Part shown: positions 23,707-37,330 of the stretch, one piece after another
Numbering within the stretch: the first letter of the stretch is position 1
How the letters are laid out: every line of letters starts with the position of its first letter
Made by a program: the position numbers and the translations under genes
Assembly (NCBI GenBank): GCA_000934665.2
Contig: JYFJ02001528.1
Coordinates: 1-64,000 of the forward strand
Length of the DNA stretch: 64,000 nt
Direction: 5' to 3'
From: Catajapyx aquilonaris
Lineage: Eukaryota
Notes under the pieces: generated by a model
Databases searched by the model: none
What the model saw: the letters and a program-made list of their open reading frames with translations, nothing else
What the model was told of the DNA's origin: nothing

Positions 23707-24139
23707 ATAAGGCCTCTACAGTATAGTATAAAAAAGAAATTGATCGTTTGTATTAGGCAACTTTGGCCCACTGATTCTCTCTGCTTTAGAAGCTAGGCCT
23801 ATACGTTGCATGATCAAAATGCTACGGGAGAAATGTCAAATAATGTAAAATTAAATTTGAAATTAATGACGAAGGTAGAACTTAATAAGTGTTAACTGTT
23901 CAGGATATTGAGTCCATAAAATACATTACTTGAAGGGGCCAATGGTAGTGTCAAGATATAGGGAGAAATAAATATTTAATTGCATTACGTATCAAATTTC
24001 CGGTATGATTTTAGTATAAAATTGGGACGCCATTAGTGGCTTTTAAACGGTCCACTAAAGCGAGTAATTGCTAATTAAGTTTTGAAATATCTCGCGGCAG
24101 GCTGCCACGTATATCTGCATAATATAAAAACAATATGCA

Positions 24140-24300
24140 TGTGCACTACTGAAAAATATAGCCTTGTACCCCTGCAAGCAGCGCCAGCGCGTGTGTGGGT
24201 GCTGGAAGCATAGCACACTTCCACCAACACCCACTTGACTTGCCGCATGGCGCTGCTTGCGGGGGTATACAGTACATTGCTGTTTTTCCAGCAGTGTACA
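24140..24300. repeat. Imperfect inverted repeat, probably an old MITE
   Basis: TACCCCTGCAAGCAGCGCCA / TGGCGCTGCTTGCGGGGGTA plus outer mirrored blocks. Confidence 0.6.
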
Positions 24301-26288
24301 ACTATACGCTTTCCCGGTCATTGTGTCGCTAGGTCGAAAAAACCTTGTACGTAGGGATACGCTATTTTACGTCGAGATGACAATGACAGTAGCAGTGGAA
24401 CGTGATGAGTTACAATGAAACCCTACCATAATAAATGTCCACAGTTAGCCGCTAGGCATATGACCTGTTAAGTAATTACGGACTCGCTGCAATAATTTCA
24501 CTAATTACTTCAGCTGATAAATCTTTAGGGAAAGCAGAGCCCCAGGCAGTATTAACCTGTATGGCCTATCTGCAGCTATTCCATATAGGGTGGTGGAAAA
24601 GGATCGCACATTCTCTCGATTCCAAGATGTTAGTGTACCGGTAGTTGTAAGTTATTTACAAGTTTAAGCTTTTTCGGAAATAATAGCACGTTACCGATTT
24701 GTTGCTGTAACGCAAGGATACTGCAGAGAATATTCTGTGCGTCAGATGATCCATCTACAAATATTATTGCCAGAAAAAAACCTATTTGAGATAGGCCTTA
24801 TGCGCGTCACATTGGTTGATGAAAAACTGGTTTTTTAAAATCTGAAATGAGCTCTTATTTAGAGAGGCGTGACAAGTTAAAATGTGGCCTTTCCTCTCGT
24901 TGTTGACATCACAATAAGGTACTATCGGACAAATATTAGCCTATTGCGGACACTCGTTCGTTGGTATATCCTGTAAGTGCCACTACCTGGGGCAGGCACA
25001 TGCCTCACATGTGGCATGAGAGGAATGTGTCGCAGATAGTGTAAACAGAATGTAAAAAAAAGAACGAATGTCTGCAATAACATTAGGCCGATAGAATCTA
25101 CCAGTGTTTCAAATAATTGTCATTACAACACTTACGTTATTGTATTTGTGATTAATAAGCAATTAATCATCTTCATTAAAAACAAATTAACAAACCTTTG
25201 ATCATGCACAGGTTTTCGCTATACTGTACATAATAACAGTTTTAATTCTCTTGAGTTAATTTAAAAAATTGAACTTTGTAAACTTGATGATTTCGCAATA
25301 CATTGTAATGACTGTACTGCATTATAATGTATTGGTTGGGTAGTATAATATCCCCTCAAATGGAGTATTACAATGGGCATGTAGTAACACGCATAATCAA
25401 GTTCATAAATTGTTAGTGTTACAATGACTCAAAAAATCTGATTGTCTGCCAATTCTGTGAAAATTGAAACCGCTGAAATATTGACGACTTCTAGTTCCAT
25501 TTGTGGCCACTTGAAACTTGACAATTAATTGTAAATATGCAACAAGATTAATCCCTCAGCTCAACAATCCTGGTTTACAGTATAATAGCTCACTTTTACA
25601 GTATAGGCACTTGCAGGCATACCGTATGTATACAAAGACTACAAACTTAAGAGTTTATACGCTTAGTAGCCTACGTAAACTAGGGTAGGCTGAATCTGGG
25701 TAAGAATATTCTCACAACGATATTGATGCATAAAACGCCATTGGCGTCCTGAACATTCCCTGTATCTTATTATTATTCGTGGTTGTCGTACAAGGCTTTA
25801 CCTATGTTTGAAAGTGACCTGCTAGATGCAAATTTCCTTTACTGTAACACGGATTTACTTATATCAGTGGACAGGAATGGCAAGTGCATTTTTATCAGGT
25901 CAACAGCAACTTGAGGCTTCCTTAGACCAAAAAAGAAAATTTGGGTAGTCAACCGTACATGGGCATGGTTGCAAACTGCTAGTAGGTGCATTGACATACG
26001 AACGATATTGGGAATTGCGAGTAATTTCGGATAGGGACCTTGCCATCACGAAACGTTGTACTGTGCATTCCATTCTGCCATGGCATTACTCGCCTCTCAC
26101 ATCACTCAATTATTGTGTCCAACAGAGCCTACGAATGTTGAAACCCGTCACTCGACGGCCAAAGATATAGCTCGCTTTTGATGCCAGAGGGCCTTTCAAG
26201 TCGAATTCCGCTTTTAGGTTTGGCTATACTACATGATAAAAGCAAGTTATTTCAGTAACGACCAACTGACACCTGTACAGTGTACATA

Positions 26289-26682
26289 CAGGGTGGTACA
26301 ACTTCAAGTGTCGTTTTATAACGGCGATTAATAGCAGTGATTTTGCGATGACGTAGCAGCGACGTGTAAAATGTCCCACTTTGGGGCCATCGAAAATATT
26401 AGCTGCCAATAGCAGCACACATGTAATCAACCCTGCTGCTGGGTTGACATGGAAAGAAGGAGGTGCACACATGACCTGCGATGCGCCTGGGTGAAATGGG
26501 TGACGTCCAAGGCACCAGATGGACCATGGACCTGTAATGCAAGGGGGAAACCTGCAAACGAAACACAGCTAATATTTTCGAAGGCGTCGAAGTGGGCCAT
26601 TTTACACGTGGCTGCTACGATAATCGTAAAGCGCTTCTATTAATAGCCGTTATAAAACGACACTTGAAGTTGGACCACCCTG
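26289..26682. mobile_element. Tc1/mariner-type MITE
   Basis: TA-CAGGGTGGTACAACTTCAAGTGTCG...CGACACTTGAAGTTGGACCACCCTG-TA with arms of about 120 bp. Confidence 0.92.
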
Positions 26683-27899
26683 TATATATAGAGACCACTA
26701 ATTTATTCGAAGCTTGTCGATCTAGTAACTAACTCCATGCAAAAAATAGCGTGTAGAAAGTAATAAACATATTAAGTTACGCTGCTTATATCAAATTTTT
26801 AGCCCACCCTCCTGTAAATGTCTCTTCCTCACGCAACACACTGGCGCTTCCGTGTAAAAACTCATCCCTCTAAAATTCAATAAAAAATGCCACTTCTGCC
26901 CAATTCCAAGCCCCATCCCGTTCACCCAAAACCACGAGACATTTCTTGCGAAACGAAGTAACGAGGAAGGAGGGAAAGACTTTTGGAGGGTGTGGAGGGA
27001 ACTATCATCATGAAGTTTTCCACCAAGGTCGAACGAGAAAAGAAGAAAATGCATCAAATTGCAATCACCTATAAGGTTCGGCATTACCCGAAAAGCTATA
27101 GTTTATTAGATATTATATACGATGCCAATGCCAGGTTGAGGACGTTCTAATTGGGTGGTACCTATGAATATTAATTGAGCCGGCAAGAGCTACTTAACAG
27201 AGGAAAACAACATGGCATCTCATCCACCCGATAAATTATTAACTGCGCAAAATGCTTACCCGTGCTGTGGTTCTACCCCCCAGGAAACGATTCCGGGTTT
27301 GAGCCGGAGGCTGCAAAATATTCGGCCCTGGGGCAGGGCCCTCTGGCGTACAAATTCCGGAACTATGGTTGACTCTGCGGTATCTCCGCCATCCCCCCCC
27401 CCCCCCCCCTCCTTTTTCTTCATATGTTTGACCGCTTCATAATTTATGTCTATAATATATGAACCACATATATGCTTATGACGGTATATACATTTGTACA
27501 GCTGCCAGAAGCAGGACTAGATACAATAGTGAAGCTACCAACCATTTCAATAGTATGTTCTATACTATAAAAGGCACTGTAGCGCCTGAATCATCAGAAA
27601 GTTCCCATCGCTTCCTCTAATAATATGTATGCACGTAATAGCGAGCCCAATCCAAGCCTGATGAGTAGCCTGACTGTTTTGACCCATAACTGTTGAACTT
27701 GTCTATGAAATGGCCTGGAGGAATGCAAATGAAGACATGAGCGCGGGATGCGAAGGCAAGTGCTTGCTTAAGCTCTGGGATGAAGTAAATGCATTTTCTT
27801 GCACGGCCTGGTTCCCCCTCCGCTCTCCCACCCTTCAGAGAGTACTGAAGAGTTCCGAATGCAGGAGGCCCTAAAATGGAGGTAGGCTTTGGGAGTGGC

Positions 27900-28155
27900 G
27901 ATGTAAGCGTCGGCGCGCGCGCCCCCTGTACCACTAGTGCTTGTGCTTTGCTTGCGGCGCCTGCACTATAAATACGGGCCTGGGTCCGGAGCTCTGCCGA
28001 CAGTGTGGTCTGGCTGGGCCTCGTGGTGCCAGTGTTTTAGTGGGTGTTCCGTGGCTGGCTGGCTGGCTGGCTGCAGCTGTTTTGCGACGGACTCAAAGGC
28101 GTCCCTATATTTAGGGCCAACTTCTGACTGTGCTGAGGATTAAGGGAGGTGAGAG
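27900..28155 (+). promoter_or_regulatory. Candidate Pol II core promoter and non-coding first exon
   Basis: Local GC-rich island, CTATAAATA at 27966, Inr-like ACAGT at about 28000, donor-like AG|GTGAGA at 28149. Confidence 0.4.
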
Positions 28156-29177
28156 GGAAGTTGGAAAATGGTGGGGGGACAACCAACGTGGACTCTTGTC
28201 CAGAAACCTACAGTTGCTTGCCTTTGCCTGCCTATTAAAGCCTGCAGGACCGGAGCTGGCTCTCCGCAAATTCCGGAAGGACACGGCTCTAACAGCGCGA
28301 ATGAAATTTTCATGCCCTGTTGTCACACGAGGATTATCATTTTGTTCAGGTCTGCTTTCAGATTTGCCGAGGGGGATGGGAATGGTATTCATCTTTTATT
28401 TACTGCCGACTTTTTTGAAAACGAGGTTTGACATTATGCGTGGTAAGGGATTGGGTGTATGGATGATGCCGATGGATGTTTAATGCGACCGCGTTTGGGT
28501 TCAAGTGGCATGCCGGCTGGAATTACCAAACTCGTCCGTTGGTAGTTGAACCACCTCGTTATTGCTCTGTCAGGCGGACATCATATTGTCAAGCTATTTT
28601 CTAATGCAGTTGGAGAGTGGGACCTAATGTGCCGTTACCGTCATTTAGCAGTTATTTCTCATCCGGAAGCAGTCTGGAAATCCCGCCGGCTGAAAACAAA
28701 CGGCATAGAACAGGTGAATTTCCATTTCACAAATAACTCGTTTGTTTTTGTACATTGTGTAAACAGCCGCACTCTATTTTAGCCCAACTTGGTTCTGACA
28801 TTTGCATGCACCATTCATGAATTAAAGTGTTGCGTTGCACGTAAAACCACAGCGACTATGTTGGTCTTGTCATCCTCCCCCATTTTAACCTATAATGCGT
28901 ACATCGGTCTACTATTCGGCTGCAATACAATGAGAATGGATTACTTTTTGTTGTACCCATCCTAAAGGAATATTTGACATTGTTACACCGCAAAAAAGTA
29001 CCGCCAGAAACTTCTAGCCGAGACTGTCGCCAGTATTTGAATCGGATCTGTCCAACTCCGTAGCCCAACACTCCCCTCGAGAGTTGGGGTCAACAAGTAA
29101 GACCCAGTGGGAATACCCGCTTTACGTTATACTGTGGCAGGACTGAAGCGCGTTCAAAATAAAAATTATGCCTGAAA

Positions 29178-29255
29178 GTCCCCGTAGCTTAGTGGTAGAG
29201 CACACGCATCCCATTGGGCTCAGCGTGGTCCCGGGTTCGATTCCCGGCGGGGTTT
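29178..29255 (+). tRNA. tRNA-like cloverleaf (pseudogene, SINE head, or intron-containing Gly-CCC-like)
   Basis: Intact D arm (GCTT/GAGC), anticodon stem CACGC/GCGTG and T arm CCGGG-TTCGATT-CCCGG. The anticodon loop is 15 nt, the variable loop 3 nt, and the top of the acceptor stem is mismatched. Confidence 0.55.
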
Positions 29256-32188
29256 TGTGCATAGCGATATGAAAAAAATGGCATTCTCGTGTTAGAGCTC
29301 AACTCTCACGCTTCAGTCGCCAATTCCCTAGAACAGCAAGAGGCAGCGGACTAATAGTGCATTTTTTATACAGCAGTTTAAACTCGTTCACAGGGTCATT
29401 AGATAGCAAGTAGAAAAGACGCTGAATTATATCCGGTAGTAATTTGAATATACAATGTACAATAAAGTAGCAAACATGATAAATTTGTTACAGTTTCTTA
29501 TTCGAAAAATGAATCACGGGCTGTCGAAAGCCGGAGGAAAAGTTTTTCCCCCAATGCATTATACTGATAGCATTTGTTATTAGTTTATTGATTTCCCCGA
29601 GGCCAGGGTATTATTACATGTGCTGTATTTTTTTGTTTTGTTGTGTCTTCTTGACTGTAGTCATTAAAGGTCGATAAGGTATCATTACGGAACTTTTTCG
29701 GTGGAAGTGGTGAAGCTTGGTATAGGTACAGAAGCAGTAATGGCGGAGTCGGCGAGGAAACTAGTTGCATTTCCGTCAATGGTGGACTTAGGCCGTATAG
29801 TCCGCTGTAATCTTACGGTACTTGGAGGTTGAGTCAGTTGAGTTGGTAGTTTTTTGTGGCGTACAGTCATTTTTAGCAGGTGCGGGGTTTATTGTTTGTC
29901 ATTACGTCGGGTATCCACGAAGATCTTACACTCACTTTCTTAGTAAAGCCTATTTTCTCTTAATCTCATAAAATAATGATAGGAGTATTTTCCCAGTAGT
30001 CGTATTTTCTGTCACAGAAACGGTAGTTATTTCTGTCACAGTCTTTACTAGACATATCCAGATGGATTGAAGCAGCTAGTACTGCTTAATATTCTGATTA
30101 TGTAGTAAACTACTTTTGCCTTTGTAAATTGACACCTCCAGAAAGCCATGCCTAAGGCGTACGAAAAGAAACACTATTGCACGAAAAGAAACCCTGAATT
30201 TGAAAGGTGCGAAAGACGTAGTCCTACTTGAATCATTAGTTTAATTATTTTTTGTCTGTGCAATGTTATATAACTATAGCTGAAGAGGAAAAGAACTCAT
30301 TTCGCTACCAACCAGGCTTCACGATTTTAAAAACAATCTCATTTCCGTAAAGCCCACCAGATATCAAAAGTATACTGGGTCAAATTTAATTTCCTTGCAA
30401 GTCGTTATTACTTATGCTCAGATGCTCCGTTGCAGCTTGCACATTTCCCGACTTTTGTAAAATGCCAATTAGTGAGAGTTGCATCAATGCCTGGTAGCGC
30501 TTTTGCCCACAACAGTTCATATATTAATATAATAGTGCGCACCTTTGAACGTGCGGAAATTACTGTATGTAACCGCATGCAAGCCCACATTTACTTCCTT
30601 CTATCGGAAATGTTTTCTTCGCAATTGATATGAAATGAAACCTCTGGCTTATTGAAAAGTGTTTTCTGTACCTTCTGCAATCCTATAGCGCTCCACATTT
30701 CAGGATGAAAAGTAATACGGCACTAAGTTTTGAATCAGTTCAGCACATTATAAACTCCAACGTCATCCTGGTATGGAGTCGTTTTGTTTCTAGTTCAGGC
30801 TCCGATACTGTACGGTCTACACAGAAGCAACATGCATTAAACTTCAGGCTGACAGAGTTGGCTCAAACTGACACGGTCGCAACTAATTTTACGCAGACGT
30901 TATAACCCCCAGTTCCAGCCCTCCAAGGTGACAAGTCAAATTTGATAGCCATGTTACAACCGAAGTCGTACACCACCACGATTACCTCTGACTGAATGTT
31001 CCAGGCACGCAATTCCGTCCGCGTCCAGCAGGATCTAAAAAATTCACGACAACTCTTTGTACAACCTAGAAAACCTTTCCCGTCTAGCTCTCCACTACAG
31101 ATAATGAATCTATTTCTTAGCACTTTGGCAGACTCCCCTGGAACGAAGTCTTGATAGGTTGTAAGTTCCCCTTTTCCCTTTGCCTGCACTCACTCCATCA
31201 AGGTAATTACCCGTAGGCTTGCACTTTCTTCTGGGATGCCGCCTCATCTCCTCCCTCAACAAGCCAAATCCCACTTCAGTGGAAGGCCGGGCCAACCTAT
31301 TATTCTCGCCCTTCCTGCCACTTGCTGTCTCCTCTTTCATCTCGGACGGTTGGAGCACGGTTTCCCCCTCAAAACACGCAGGCCTCTAGCTGCTCTATAG
31401 ACCTACCTAACTACTGTGCATTAGAATTACGCTCTACGTCGCAGTATGTATTAGCTACACTCGCTCTTTTACCTGCTGGATTCCGGACTATAGTCAGCAA
31501 CATTCTCCCTATGGGCAATCATAATCCGATTAAACTCAACAGAACCGTGTGCACTTTCAGAAAGCCGTATAATTATACTGTAGCCTCAGAATCACTCCCG
31601 ATGATGTGATGTACCCGTCTTTTAGACGGGTTAAAGCAGCTTTGATAAAAATAAGTGCACCGTAATGCATATATGAGAAGTCTACTCCAGAAGAAGGGTC
31701 TACTCGGTTGGCAAAATAATTAGATCTATCTCTATGAAGGTAAATTTGCAGGAGTAGGTTGTGAATTTAATATTGTAATTTTTTTTGAAACTCTTCACTC
31801 TGAAGCGAATTATTGAGTTACTGTTGTGAATATGTTACTCCGTCTAGCCCATGTTTTTTGGTACTCTAGTTTTTAAAAAAGCTACAGAGAAATATCCGTG
31901 CCCCGTGACGTCGCGTCGGTTCTTTTTCATCATCCTGCAAGTCCGCAGGGAAAGCGCGCATCAAGTAATACGGACTGCATAAACATTTATGTAAATCTAA
32001 CATTGCCCTGTACCTCAATACATGATTTTCTATTCTGTCACGTAGCACGTTTTGAAATTAAAAGTCACTTATGTTTATTTGCGTTTATTATTAGGTATAC
32101 CGTATAACTAGCAGCTTCCTCTTTTGTCTCCTTGTTGGCGTTCAGGTGGCTCATTACATGGAGGCCAGACAGATGGTCTGACCTCTAG

Positions 32189-32190
<2 letters not shown>

Positions 32191-32248
<58 letters not shown>

Positions 32249-32536
32249 TTGTACCCCGTGCTAGAGCCATAGGCCCTCTTAGGGGGGTGGGATACCACCA
32301 TATTTTTTTATCTGGAACTCTTGCTTTCGTTTTTACTTCTCGTATATGGGGATGGGATAGGGACGGAAGGAAGCGGCTGTGGCCTATAATTACGGACACG
32401 ACCCCGGAATTTTCCTGGTGAGACCATGGGAAACCACAGAAAACCACGGTCAGGGTCGGCGGCCACCGGGATTCGAACCCAGGACCTCCCGATTAGCAGT
32501 CGGGTACCATATCCCCTCCGCTACCACTGCTTCGGT
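32191..32536 (-). mobile_element. tRNA-derived SINE, family A copy 2
   Basis: A box TGGTAGCGG, B box GGTTCGAATCCC, long (TAA)n at 32191-32247, TSD CCTCTAGAT (32182-32190, 32538-32546). Confidence 0.93.
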
Positions 32537-35500
32537 CCCTCTAGATAAATGATAATAACGCAGTTGTAATTTCCATCAAATTTGGTTATTGATAAATTCA
32601 TTAATGAAGAGTATTGCTACTATATTTCATTCAGACAAGTTTCCCCCTTGATGCATAAGGCGACCGAAAATGAAGAATGCCCTCTTCTTTGGGAGTCGAT
32701 CTCCGACGGGGCTTCTGGTTGCCAGGCGATCATTGTGTGTGAGGGGACGTAATTTAAAATCCGGCTTAAGATATGCAGCCTGTTGCAGGAAATGTGTCGC
32801 TAAAATATCTCCGACGGTCTCCCCTCGCCATACCATTAGTCGCACGCACTCTCTCGAGCGCTTGAAGCTGTATTTATGGCTCGAGGGTAAAGAAGGGGCA
32901 TAGGAAAAAGACTTCCAACAATACCTACACTCAGATTCTTTTTAAGGAGCTCTGCTGAGGGATTCCAAATGCTGGCAGAACTTTAGCCTTGTTTGGTTTT
33001 ACAAGGATGAGTTTGTATATAGGGTTGTTTTAAGAGACATCTGGAAATATATGCTATACCTATAGCCATGCGATTCGGTTATAGTAGAGTATATTATACA
33101 GTACTTTTTTAAAAATCAATAGGCGACTGTGTTCCGCAATAAGTCAGGCGATGTTTGAAAATGTGATAGCGAGTGCTGTCTCGGCTGCGATAAACACAAA
33201 TAAACATGCAAAATTTGGAGTATTTGTCAAATGTCCCAGTTTTTTGCTACATAAACATGAATAATCCAAGGGCCACGTGAAAAGAATAGTTTCCGGCCGT
33301 CATTTGAGCAACATTATGGGATGAAATTCGGACATATATGACTGCGACAGCGACGTGGTCCGAAATGAGGCACAGCCCATTGTGCCCTAGGTGCTGCCTA
33401 GGTGTATGAGGTGTCACTACCCATATGATGGGAATTATCAGTAAGGCCTATAGAAGAGAGTAGGAAAATGAATCAAAATGGGACGCGGAGCATGAGACTG
33501 ATAAACCACGGCGAGGATGCCGGAAGAATTTTAATTAAAGAAGGCCAACTTCTAAATGGCAATTAGCTTTCAGATGGCGACACAATTTCCAGATTTGGAT
33601 AGAATAGGTGCGATAAAATTACACAGCGTGTCTCAGAATTTAGCTCACATTCGTATTGGAAAAGCGGTGAGGCTTGCAAAATGTTTGTACGTTTTAGTGC
33701 CACGCCCCACCACACCCATATCAAATGTAGTGGGTATATAGTGATATTGTTCTGTTGTCGTGCGCTTTATTTCACACTTGAGGTAACGTTATGATACTAA
33801 TTACTAACCAGGCGCCATTAGTAATGTAATTTGTGGCGTAAACAATAATTGAGGGGGAGGGTCTTGGGAGGTAATTCAGTGCTTCTGGAGGCTTAACTGC
33901 TTAGGCATCATAGAGGTTGACAGAAACTTGATTCAAAGCGATGTGGAAGAGCTATAGAGTATACGGGACGTGCTGATTTAGTAATGCTCAGTATAAATGG
34001 AAGCAACATTGCGTGGCAATGCTTACAGATTACATTCGGAAAATGCAGACATGAGTAATAAAAACTTATATATTGTACCCTGTAGGTTTACCAGTTCAAT
34101 TATTAGTTACGTATTTTACACTCTATATAGTCTACTTATAAACACTCTGCATTGAACTGTACTGCACGCATACACTGTAGCTAGCTACATACTTTGTTGC
34201 GGATGGAACTCTCTGCAGCTTTCCAGACTCTGATGTACGAGGCGAGAAACAATTAAACTTATTTTGCATTGGTTCTTTGCATAATATCAGCTCTATTACA
34301 AATGACCCGTTTTCGTCGCGGTTCCCCGTCGTACAAGATTCATTTGTCAAGTGAAAACGTGACTCTTAGTCTGTTATTATTTGCTCCCCAGATGAGATTA
34401 CAGTTACGTAATTTTTGTCCGTATATTATTTTACTCTAGCGGTTTTTGACATATGTACCGAAATTCACGCTAGACGTCAATATCACACGGCGAATCGCTT
34501 ACCTACTGTAGTCCTACTATGTTAAAGAACAATCCCCAGAACATATGCTTCAGAAGACTATAACAAATACGAGAGCACACGGGAATACGTTTAGGTCTTG
34601 TAGCCATCCGGCTGAGCAAAAAAACTTTGGCATTTCTGAGCATGAAGAATGGCTAAGATGCCTGACAGGCTTGTATAAAAGTGGCGTCAAATGTGAATGC
34701 AATATTTCCATGTCGATCCACGCCAAGTGAGGAATGACCGCGGGCTAGCCAATCCTGTCCACGACCATCAGACGAGCAAAAAAGGAGGACTGGCGGACTA
34801 GAGGAATTGAATCTTTCAGGTCCGTTGCCTCGCTGCAAAGAATATATTCAAAGGGGAGTAGATTGGCTTTCCGCAAATGAGTTTCAGTGGTATATAGAGG
34901 GTGAAGTGAGATGTGGTTACAACATATTTTGCTTCGGAAATAGAGCGCTTAGTCAGGGAATGCTAATAGCGTTTTCTTGAGCCTCTTCGATTCCATATAA
35001 AAAAAATCCGGCGAGAGGATTTTCCAGAATGTGACTTCTCGGTTCGATTCCGTTCCGAGATGAAACAAACAATGGTCTGCTGCATACCAAGTAGTTTCTT
35101 GTACCCACAGTGAGTATACGTGATCCAGAAGATCGATGCTTTTGGTCGGAGGGAAGTCTTTTCCTATGCCTTCGACCTCATTTGTACCTATAGCATGACC
35201 ACTAGCTTTCAATGTGAGCGTAGCCCAACAACTAGGGTGGGGTATTTTAGTGGAGAGGGTGGGGACTGTGGGGGATGAGTGTGACGGGAGGATGAAAATG
35301 CCACTTCTGGCTTGCGGAATACGGCATGTTGGATAGTGGGGAAACGCAATTGGTAGGATGAGAGTAGGATGGAAATGTTGGAAGTCTCCACCGGGAATGA
35401 TGCTTGCAACCTGAAAGCTGCTTTTCAGCTTATTACCAAAGTTGGCCAATTTTGATCGAGCGGGAATGAATGGTGTAATCGCATGGAGCCAGCTCTATTT

Positions 35501-36062
35501 AGGGTGAAAGATGTTTAACCACAATGCTACCCTTGTGTCATTTTGTTATAAGTGTATAAAGGGGAAATTCGGCTTTTCAAAGTATTAATATTATTGATGG
35601 TTGCAGCTTTCTGATACTAAATTCATTCAGTTCTCCCTTTTTAAAAGGTTTAGCCAATATGTAGAGTATTTCTGAGAATTAGGCTAGTTTTTCGGTTTTC
35701 CTTCTTTTCCCATTATTTTTAATATGTAGCCGGGCTACATGTTAAAAATAATTGTATTTTTTTCAAAAGTAAACTTATCACTTTACGTGAGCAGCAATCC
35801 ATGTACAGTGTAGCCAGCGGTGCCTGAAGTTAGGCGAAACATAGTGCTGTTGGTTACAGTGTCTATAAGTCGGAATCTCCTTGTTTCGCAAAATTTTACC
35901 TTCCTGAGCACACATGCTTTTGATATATAGGACAGAAACCCGTTAAAAATTCCACCCTCCAGAAAATTTGTAGCCTAGTGTACAAGAGTTTCCAGTTCTG
36001 AATCCAGGGTATGTTATATGCAGCTTTTTCTGTAACATCTCAACACAAACCCCAGTCAAACG

Positions 36063-36390
36063 AAACATTTTTGAACCTTGACACCAGATTTTGTAAGCTT
36101 ATGTCGAGTACTCTCGCTGATAAGTCTATACTCTTGTCTCTCTGTCATCTCATGCCATATAGGCTCTCGGCTGCCAACAATTTTGCATAGGTGGCAAAAC
36201 AAGGGAAGGTTGCTTGATGCAAGGTCTGGACCATGATCTGAACTACATACTCCTCAAAGGCACCGCACTTGCATTGTAGGAGAATGGAACACGAGAATGC
36301 CTGATGGCAAATGGCAGTTAATACGCTGGCATTACTCTGAGTGCTCAACAAAGGCTTACAAAATCTGGTTTCACAGTTCGAAAAATGTTT
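36063..36390. mobile_element. Old MITE-like inverted repeat
   Basis: AAACATTTTTGAAC...CCAGATTTTGTAAGC mirrors GCTTACAAAATCTGG...GTTCGAAAAATGTTT. Confidence 0.65.
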
Positions 36391-36692
36391 AGAATCAGGA
36401 TGGTGTTTTTGCGCAATGGTAGCTAAAACTATGTGCCATCATGTGGCTATGTTGATATTTTTTGTAGAGATTTTAAAACAATGGCTAAACGCTACTTATA
36501 CTTTAGAATGGGGGTAATATAGATTAAACTGCAGGTTGTGTAATACTGATAACTCGCGGTTATGCAGATTTAATTGACACTATTTTGCAATTACCCGGTT
36601 GGTAATTTGTTACTACCTGTTTGCATTTATGCGGATTAATATTATAATCAAAATGTTCGAGCCCACGCAATTTTGGTTTGTATTATCAGTAA

Positions 36693-36818
36693 GGGCCGGT
36701 TTCACCGAGCTCGGTATATGATTAAACCAGGTTTCTTGAGGAAAATCCATACAAATATGTAGGGATTTTCCGAAAGAACCCTGGCTTTATCATATATCGA
36801 GCTCGGTGAAACCGGCCC
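36693..36818. mobile_element. PIF/Harbinger-type mini-MITE
   Basis: GGGCCGGTTTCACCGAGCTCG / CGAGCTCGGTGAAACCGGCCC, flanked by TAA and TAT. Confidence 0.85.
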
Positions 36819-36899
36819 TATGGCACGAATTTCGTAGTCACAAACTAATCAGACTACCATTTTTTTCTAGTCACATTCATTGTTATCTACTTGGTCATC

Positions 36900-37330
36900 A
36901 AGTTATTTGACCAGATTGACCGACAACCCTCGGAAACGCCTTACTTCTGATGTATACAGTACGAGTATTACCATAGCTATCTGCAAGTCTTGCCGACTTG
37001 AATTCAATAAATTGGTGCTAAAACACTCATTTCATACATTCAAATTTAACTGTAATGCCATTTGCAATGCATTTCCACCAAGCTTTGAACAGAATAGTAA
37101 CTTATTTCCTCTGACTGCAGGAAGTGCTAAGTGGGGATGGCCTACTACGAATTCTTGCAGATTCTCACGGTGAAGAAAGATTGGAGAAAGAGTGACCACT
37201 GGAACTCCAACGGAGGAAGAAAAATGACCCAACCTGATTCGGCTCATTAATCTTGTGCAAGTCAAGATGCGATCTACTCGGCTAATGTTTTCCCAGGGTG
37301 CGCAAGTAGTAGAGCCGGTAGGAAGAATAT
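36900..37330 (-). pseudogene. Decayed LINE reverse-transcriptase fragment
   Basis: SSSVGVPVVTLSPIFL resembles the GVPQGSxLSPxLF motif, followed by LQLNLN. Confidence 0.45.

Noticed and set aside
30860..31450. Possible LINE relics here and near 35.2, 45.2-46.9 and 55.9 kb
   Set aside because: The motif resemblance is too faint to assign boundaries or family by eye.
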